Positions 36,414-41,252 of a stretch of 41,252 nt of DNA are shown piece by piece (the stretch's first letter is position 1; each line of letters begins with the position of its first letter). The DNA is from Candidatus Rokuibacteriota bacterium (GTDB lineage Bacteria; Methylomirabilota; Methylomirabilia; Rokubacteriales; DASRDR01): assembly GCA_044866005.1 (NCBI GenBank), contig JBIOTN010000019.1:1-41252 (forward strand), read 5' to 3'. Position numbers and translations under genes: made by a program. The notes below the pieces were generated by a model that was not told where the DNA came from, searched no databases, and saw only the letters and a program-made list of their open reading frames with translations.

Positions 36414-38224
36414 CAGTCGCGGGCGCCGGTGACCGGCAACGTCCGCGGCGCGGGCACCGCCGCCGCGTGGCCGCGCTCGCCGAGGCCGCCGAGCCAGAAG
36501 ATGAACATCACCATGAGGAAGAAGAGGAGCGTCGTCACGCTGATCACGTTCGCGGCGTAGCCGAGCGCCGGCGTGACGGCATCCGGGGAGGTGTCGCGGA
36601 CGATCCCGTAGACGTGCCAGTGCTGGCGGATGCCGGAGCGGGCGAAGCCCATGAGCCCCATGAGCCAGGCGAACGTCACGGCGAGCAGGATCAGCACGTA
36701 CTGGGAGCGCGGCGCGATCGTCCCCCAGCGGATGGGGCCCGTGGACCGGGCGCCCCGGAACAGCGGGATGTCGATCGCCATCACCAGGATGATCGCGCCG
36801 AGCACGGCGCCGACCTGATAGACCGAGTAGCCGATGCGGACGATCGCCTCCACGAAGTAGCCGCGGACGCCGTAGAAGACGACGATGAAGGCGGCGAGCG
36901 CGAAGACCACCCACTGCGCGGCCATCCCCCCCCTCGCCCAGGGGACGGTGGCGGCGCGGTTGGCGCGGCGGTAGAGCAGGTAGGAGAGGAAGGTGGTGAG
37001 GATCATCAGGTTCACGGCCGTGTTCTTCGCCGACATCACGCCCAGCACGCCGAGGAGCGGGTGGTGGGTCGCCCCCATGCGCCGCGCCTCCTCCAGCGAG
37101 GCGACCAGGCTGTGCGGCGTGGCCCAGACCATGAAGCCGACGGCGATGACGAAGAGCAGGTACTTGATGTACGGGCGGTAGCGCTCCGCCCCCGGGATCC
37201 GCTCCATGCCGAGCCACAGGTAGTAGTTCGAGCCGAGGAAGAGGATCCCGATGAGGATGGCCTGGATGATCCACAGCCAGGACATGAAGCCGCCCATCAT
37301 GGTGATGCCCATCTGCTGGTTGAAGGCGTAGATCTCGCGGCCCAGCCAGTAGCCGGCGAACGGGAGCACCATGAGCGCGGAGACCGCGACGAAGTTCCCG
37401 ATGTAGCCCATCCAGTCGTAGCGGGCCCGCTCCTCCTCGGTCCGCGCGCCGAGGAAGCGGAAGGCCGCGTACGCCGCGGCGACGGTCCCGCCGAAGACGA
37501 TGTTCGCGATCAGGCGGTGGACGTTGATCGGCATCCAGGTGAAGTTGTTCACCGCCTGCCAGAGCGTGCCGGTGAGCCGGCCCGTGTCGTCCACCGCCCG
37601 CGGGGACACCATGAAGGTGACCCACGAGTTCGAGACGAAGAGGATGGCCGTGCCGAAGAGGTTGGAGAGGATCCCCAGCGAGACGTGCGCCCACTTGCGC
37701 GAGCCCGAGAGCCACTCCCAGCCGTAGTACCAGAGGTAGACCGTGAAGGTCTCGAGGAAGAAGAGGGCGGCGTAGAGCCACATGGTGGGCCCGAAGATCC
37801 CGCTCATGTACGTCCAGAACTTCGGGTAGAGCGTGATGAAGAGGAAGAGGAGGAGCGCGCCGAGGAGGGCCGTCGTGGAGAAGGCGGCGAAGATGAGCTT
37901 GACGAACTCGTGGGCCAGCCAGTCGTACCGCCGGCCGTCCTCCCGATCCACCCCGATCCGCCAGCCCATGAACTCGATGATGACGGCGAAGATCGGGACG
38001 CCCAGGATGAACGCGGCGAAGTTCAGGTGGATCTGCGCGATGACCCAGACGACCAGGCGGGAGCCGACGTAGGGGAAGGCGCGGTAGGCCGCCTCGCGCG
38101 ACGGCTCCTGGGCGAGCGCCGGCGCCGCGAGCAGGCAGAGGCCGAGCGCGACCAGCAAGGCGGGGAGAAGGGCGCCCCCGGCCAGAGACCGGTCGGGCCT
38201 CACCTGAGCCGCATCCGTCCGCAC
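36413..38224 (-). CDS. Cytochrome bd-like oxidase subunit I (divergent CydA, Nitrospira/OR-N type)
   Basis: QIHLNFAAFILG, LETFTVYLWYYGW, SNSWVTFMVSP, NVHRLIAN, GFARSGIRQHWHVYG (corresponds to CydA EYGRQPW); no cydB adjacent. Confidence 0.85.
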   Translation of the reverse strand: MRTDAAQVRPDRSLAGGALLPALLVALGLCLLAAPALAQEPSREAAYRAFPYVGSRLVVWVIAQIHLNFAAFILGVPIFAVIIEFMGWRIGVDREDGRRYDWLAHEFVKLIFAAFSTTALLGALLLFLFITLYPKFWTYMSGIFGPTMWLYAALFFLETFTVYLWYYGWEWLSGSRKWAHVSLGILSNLFGTAILFVSNSWVTFMVSPRAVDDTGRLTGTLWQAVNNFTWMPINVHRLIANIVFGGTVAAAYAAFRFLGARTEEERARYDWMGYIGNFVAVSALMVLPFAGYWLGREIYAFNQQMGITMMGGFMSWLWIIQAILIGILFLGSNYYLWLGMERIPGAERYRPYIKYLLFVIAVGFMVWATPHSLVASLEEARRMGATHHPLLGVLGVMSAKNTAVNLMILTTFLSYLLYRRANRAATVPWARGGMAAQWVVFALAAFIVVFYGVRGYFVEAIVRIGYSVYQVGAVLGAIILVMAIDIPLFRGARSTGPIRWGTIAPRSQYVLILLAVTFAWLMGLMGFARSGIRQHWHVYGIVRDTSPDAVTPALGYAANVISVTTLLFFLMVMFIFWLGGLGERGHAAAVPAPRTLPVTGARD

Positions 38225-38295
38225 AGTGGTCGCGCCGAGGGCTCCGCGGGAAGTCGCGCACGGGAAGCGGCGCGCCGAGCGCGGCGCCGCCTCGC

Positions 38296-38353
38296 TTGTT
38301 CAGACGATCACAAGGCCGACTCCTTTGTAGTGTAGCTCGCCGTCCCCTGTCAA
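38296..38353 (-). promoter_or_regulatory. Putative promoter plus Rex/CRP-like operator upstream of the bd-like gene
   Basis: TTGACA-N18-TACAAA, then TTGTGATCGTCTGAACAA (38296-38313). Confidence 0.42.
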
Positions 38354-38394
38354 GGGGGAAGCCGCGATTCGAGGACCCGACGGGCCGCCGCTGT

Positions 38395-39948
38395 TCAGTG
38401 CGCCATGCCCTCGGGGACCGGGCCGGGCCGCGTGAGCGTGCTCCGGACGCCCGGCAGGCCGCGCGCCGCGGGCAGCGGGCCGGTGTAGCGGAGGACGGTG
38501 AGCCCGCCGCCGTTGCCGTCGGTGACGTAGAGGAGGTTCGTCTGCGGGTCGAGATAGATCTCGCGGGTCTGGCGCACCCCCAGCGGCTCGCCTGGCCGCC
38601 GCTCCTTCGGGTCGTGGTAGTTCGGGGAGAGGTAGTAGCCGACCTCGCGCGGGACGTAGGGGTTCGAGAGGTCGAAGGCGCGGACCCCTTGCCCGTACCA
38701 GGCCTGATAGAAGAGGGTGCCCGGCGTGCGGTGGTCGAACCAGATGTAGTGGGTCGAGTGCTGCCCGGCCGGGCAGCGGAACTCGCCGGTGGCGGGATCG
38801 ACGGTGTCGTCCACCGGCAGCCGGATCGTGGCGAGCAGGTGCACGCGCTCGGGGTCGGCCACGTCCAGCACGCGATCGATCCCGGGCGGGCACTCGAAGA
38901 TCTCGTCGCTGAGGACGACCAGGCTCGCGTGCGGCCGGCCGGGGTGCGGCACGGGCGAGGCCGTGTGCGCGGCGCCGAGGGCGCCGCCGTGGTACGGCGG
39001 GACGTAGTCGTACGGCCGGCCGACGAGCCGCGGCGTCCGCGGGTTCGACACGTCCAGGATCACCATGCCGATGTCGCGCCAGGCGACGTAGAGCCGGTCG
39101 CCGTCCTTGTCGATCTCGTGGCACCAGAGCCGCTGCGGCGTGCCGTCGGGGTTCACGCGGTTCTCGGGGTCGGGCGTCTCGCCGGCGCGGAGGCCCGGGA
39201 AGTGAAACGTCGCCGCGAGCCTGGGCTCGCGGGGGTTCGTGTAGTCGAGGATCACGACCTCCTGGTGGAAGCCCGCGGGCGACTTCGTCTCCGGCCGGCT
39301 CGCGCAGCCGTAGACGAAGTTGTCGTCGATCTCGAAGCCGTGGGTCGCCCCGTTCGGCGCGGTCGTGAAGTGGCCGAGCTTGACGGGGTTCCGCGGGTCG
39401 CTCACGTCGTAGAAGGAAAAGCCCGCGTCCACCGGAGTGCCGGCGGGCGGCTTCAGCGGGTTGGCCGCCGTCGCGTCGTGGTCGAAGACCAGGATCTTGC
39501 GCTTCGTGTTGAGCCGGAGGTACGGGCAGCGCGCGCCGGGGTTACACGGGATGAAGCTCAACGGCCGCATGTTCCGGGGATCGCTCACGTCCACGATCAG
39601 CGCGCCGAAGACGGTCGGCGGGCTGTTGTAGCCGCCGAGGTAGGCGATCCCGTCGTGGACCCGCACCGTGTTGAAGCCGGCCCCGAACCCCGCGCGCTTC
39701 GCCTGCTCGGTGAGCCAGTCGCCTTTGAGGTAGCTGTGGCCGACCAGCTCGAAGCTCTGGCTCCGCGCGAGCTCGCGCGTCTGCTCCAGGGTCAGGCTGA
39801 AGACGTCCACCCCCGGCGGGATCGCCGGCTCCGGCACCCCGGTCCCGAGCACCGCCTGACCCACGGCCGCACCGCCCCCCGCCACAGCCGTGGCGAACGC
39901 CAGCACGCCCACCCACGCCGCCCGACGCCCCGCCGCCACGCTCCGCAT
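38395..39948 (-). CDS. Secreted LVIVD-repeat (beta-propeller) protein
   Basis: Signal peptide; repeats LIVDVSDPRN, FYDVSDPRNP, ILDYTNPREP, ILDVSNPRTP, FDLSNPYVPREVGYY; GGAGG RBS. Confidence 0.85.
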   Translation of the reverse strand: MRSVAAGRRAAWVGVLAFATAVAGGGAAVGQAVLGTGVPEPAIPPGVDVFSLTLEQTRELARSQSFELVGHSYLKGDWLTEQAKRAGFGAGFNTVRVHDGIAYLGGYNSPPTVFGALIVDVSDPRNMRPLSFIPCNPGARCPYLRLNTKRKILVFDHDATAANPLKPPAGTPVDAGFSFYDVSDPRNPVKLGHFTTAPNGATHGFEIDDNFVYGCASRPETKSPAGFHQEVVILDYTNPREPRLAATFHFPGLRAGETPDPENRVNPDGTPQRLWCHEIDKDGDRLYVAWRDIGMVILDVSNPRTPRLVGRPYDYVPPYHGGALGAAHTASPVPHPGRPHASLVVLSDEIFECPPGIDRVLDVADPERVHLLATIRLPVDDTVDPATGEFRCPAGQHSTHYIWFDHRTPGTLFYQAWYGQGVRAFDLSNPYVPREVGYYLSPNYHDPKERRPGEPLGVRQTREIYLDPQTNLLYVTDGNGGGLTVLRYTGPLPAARGLPGVRSTLTRPGPVPEGMAH

Positions 39949-40006
39949 GGCCGCCTCCTTCCCGTCCGATGCGCCCGACCGCTCCCGTCCGCCCGCCGGT
40001 GGCCGG

Positions 40007-40036
40007 AGCGTACCCCCGGAGGCCGAGTCCGGTCAA
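40007..40036 (-). promoter_or_regulatory. Possible sigma70 promoter for the LVIVD gene
   Basis: TTGACC-N18-TACGCT. Confidence 0.4.
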
Positions 40037-40049
40037 CACGGTCTTCGGC

Positions 40050-41252
40050 TCAGGGAAACCGCACGAACACCAGCGCGCGGCACGAACGATGACGTTCGTC
40101 GCTCCCGGTGGACTCGTTCGGGAGCGGATTCAGCAGGGGCGGCAGCCCGGGATCATCCGGCACCGTCGTCAGTCGAAGGCCGAAGAATCGCGCGTCTCCG
40201 AGGTCGACGACGGCAGTCCCCGACATCGCGTTCGACACCTGGAGCAGGACCCGTCGGATCGTTGGGGGATTCAGGCCGGTGTAGGTCAAGAGCGTCGCGA
40301 AGTCCGCCGGCGGGTCGAACTCCACCAGCTCGGCGACCGACGTCGAGGGCCCTTCGCTCACCTGGTCGAACACGTGGTTGTTGATCGTCGAGGAGCCATG
40401 CCCTTCGCAGACCATGAAACCCGGCACGAACGTGATCTCCACGAGATTGCCAGCCGAGGCATCGGCATCGCGGTAGATGACGTCAGAGATCCGCCCCACG
40501 GAGAATACGGTACTCACCCCGGTCGCCCCGAACGTACTCCAGGACCTAATCCGATTGATGCCCGTGAGATCCACGAGCTGGAAGAACGCGCTGGCATTGG
40601 ATTGATCGATCGAGAACAAGAACAGCGGCAGTGCCGGGTCGAAGACGACACCCGCCTCCACGAACTCCCGATACCCCCGGTGCAACTGTCCGGTGTAGCC
40701 GAGCCGTACCTCTCTGGCCGCGACGGCGTCCGGCTCGCTCCCGAGCTGCCCACGGAAGACGATGATCCAGGGCGAGAGTGGGGTATCGGCCGGTAGCGGC
40801 GAGATCGTCGCGGCCTCGCGAAACTCATTGGGGTTGAGTAACAGGGGCCAGCTCCCAAGCTGTCTTCGAGTGCCGTCCGAGGCGTCGTAGTAAATCTCGA
40901 ATGAGCCGTCCATCGTCTCGTCGGGCGTCAGGTTACCAAAGCTGACGCGGGCGGCGGGTCCGGAGTCCCCACGGAACACGGCGACCTCGGCCGTGACCCG
41001 GCCGCGGAAGAAGTAGTCGAGCAGCGCCGCGGAGTACCCGACGGCGCGGGGCAGCATGTTTTCGGCGACGCGGGCCCAGACGTTTGCGTCGGTGCACGTC
41101 CCGCTTCGTGGAAGGCCGGCGTCGAACGCAGCCTCGTCGAAGACGCACTCGGCCAGCGCCGGGCTCACCGGCACCCCGTCCCCGGCGGCCTTGTCGTAGT
41201 ACCTGCGCACGTGGGAGCCGGAGGGGACCACGTTTTGCGAGGCGACGAGGCC
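40050..41252 (-). CDS. Hypothetical protein, 5'-partial (runs off window)
   Basis: Frame open to the window edge; MLPRAVGYSAALLDYFFRG motif followed by a beta-rich region. Confidence 0.65.
   Translation of the reverse strand, partial: GLVASQNVVPSGSHVRRYYDKAAGDGVPVSPALAECVFDEAAFDAGLPRSGTCTDANVWARVAENMLPRAVGYSAALLDYFFRGRVTAEVAVFRGDSGPAARVSFGNLTPDETMDGSFEIYYDASDGTRRQLGSWPLLLNPNEFREAATISPLPADTPLSPWIIVFRGQLGSEPDAVAAREVRLGYTGQLHRGYREFVEAGVVFDPALPLFLFSIDQSNASAFFQLVDLTGINRIRSWSTFGATGVSTVFSVGRISDVIYRDADASAGNLVEITFVPGFMVCEGHGSSTINNHVFDQVSEGPSTSVAELVEFDPPADFATLLTYTGLNPPTIRRVLLQVSNAMSGTAVVDLGDARFFGLRLTTVPDDPGLPPLLNPLPNESTGSDERHRSCRALVFVRFP

Noticed and set aside
1..41252. tRNA, rRNA, integrase or phage genes
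   Set aside because: None recognisable by eye in this window.

Overview
High-GC bacterial chromosomal window. The gene style suggests Ca. Rokubacteria/Methylomirabilota, but that is inference only. (1) 1-4707: the distal end of an integron cassette array, with six attC sites (one collapsed to 19 bp) and no integrase in the window. Cargo is a partial ORF, a DUF4258-type TA-like pair, an orphan ABC substrate-binding protein, an RxxxxH (HEPN-like) protein, an Mrr endonuclease and an EthD protein. The array ends inside an IS110 transposase remnant. (2) 4.9-13.6 kb, minus strand: zf-HC2 protein, glucose 1-dehydrogenase-like SDR, GH63 glucosidase, NDH-2, aquaporin, DoxX and MFS, plus a decayed nucleotidyltransferase. 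(3) 13.94-16.93 kb: two different IS110-family elements stacked at one CT core inside a REP-like hairpin. Their candidate bridge-RNA guides can be read by eye: the IS1111-like element (IS-B) matches the REP hairpin, and the IS110 element (IS-A) matches the junction that IS-B creates. (4) 17-38.2 kb, minus strand: a respiratory supercluster. It holds a lone CydA-like (bd-like) subunit, di- and tri-heme cytochromes c, two cupredoxin-like proteins and a complete A1-type aa3 oxidase with heme O/A synthases. It also holds a maturation block with eight PCP_red-like helical modules (USP fusion, AhbD/NirJ-like radical SAM, tandem-repeat protein), an Mrp ATPase and a ThDP enzyme. (5) An LVIVD-repeat protein and a partial hypothetical ORF at the right edge. 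All calls come from motif recognition by eye; no searches were run.
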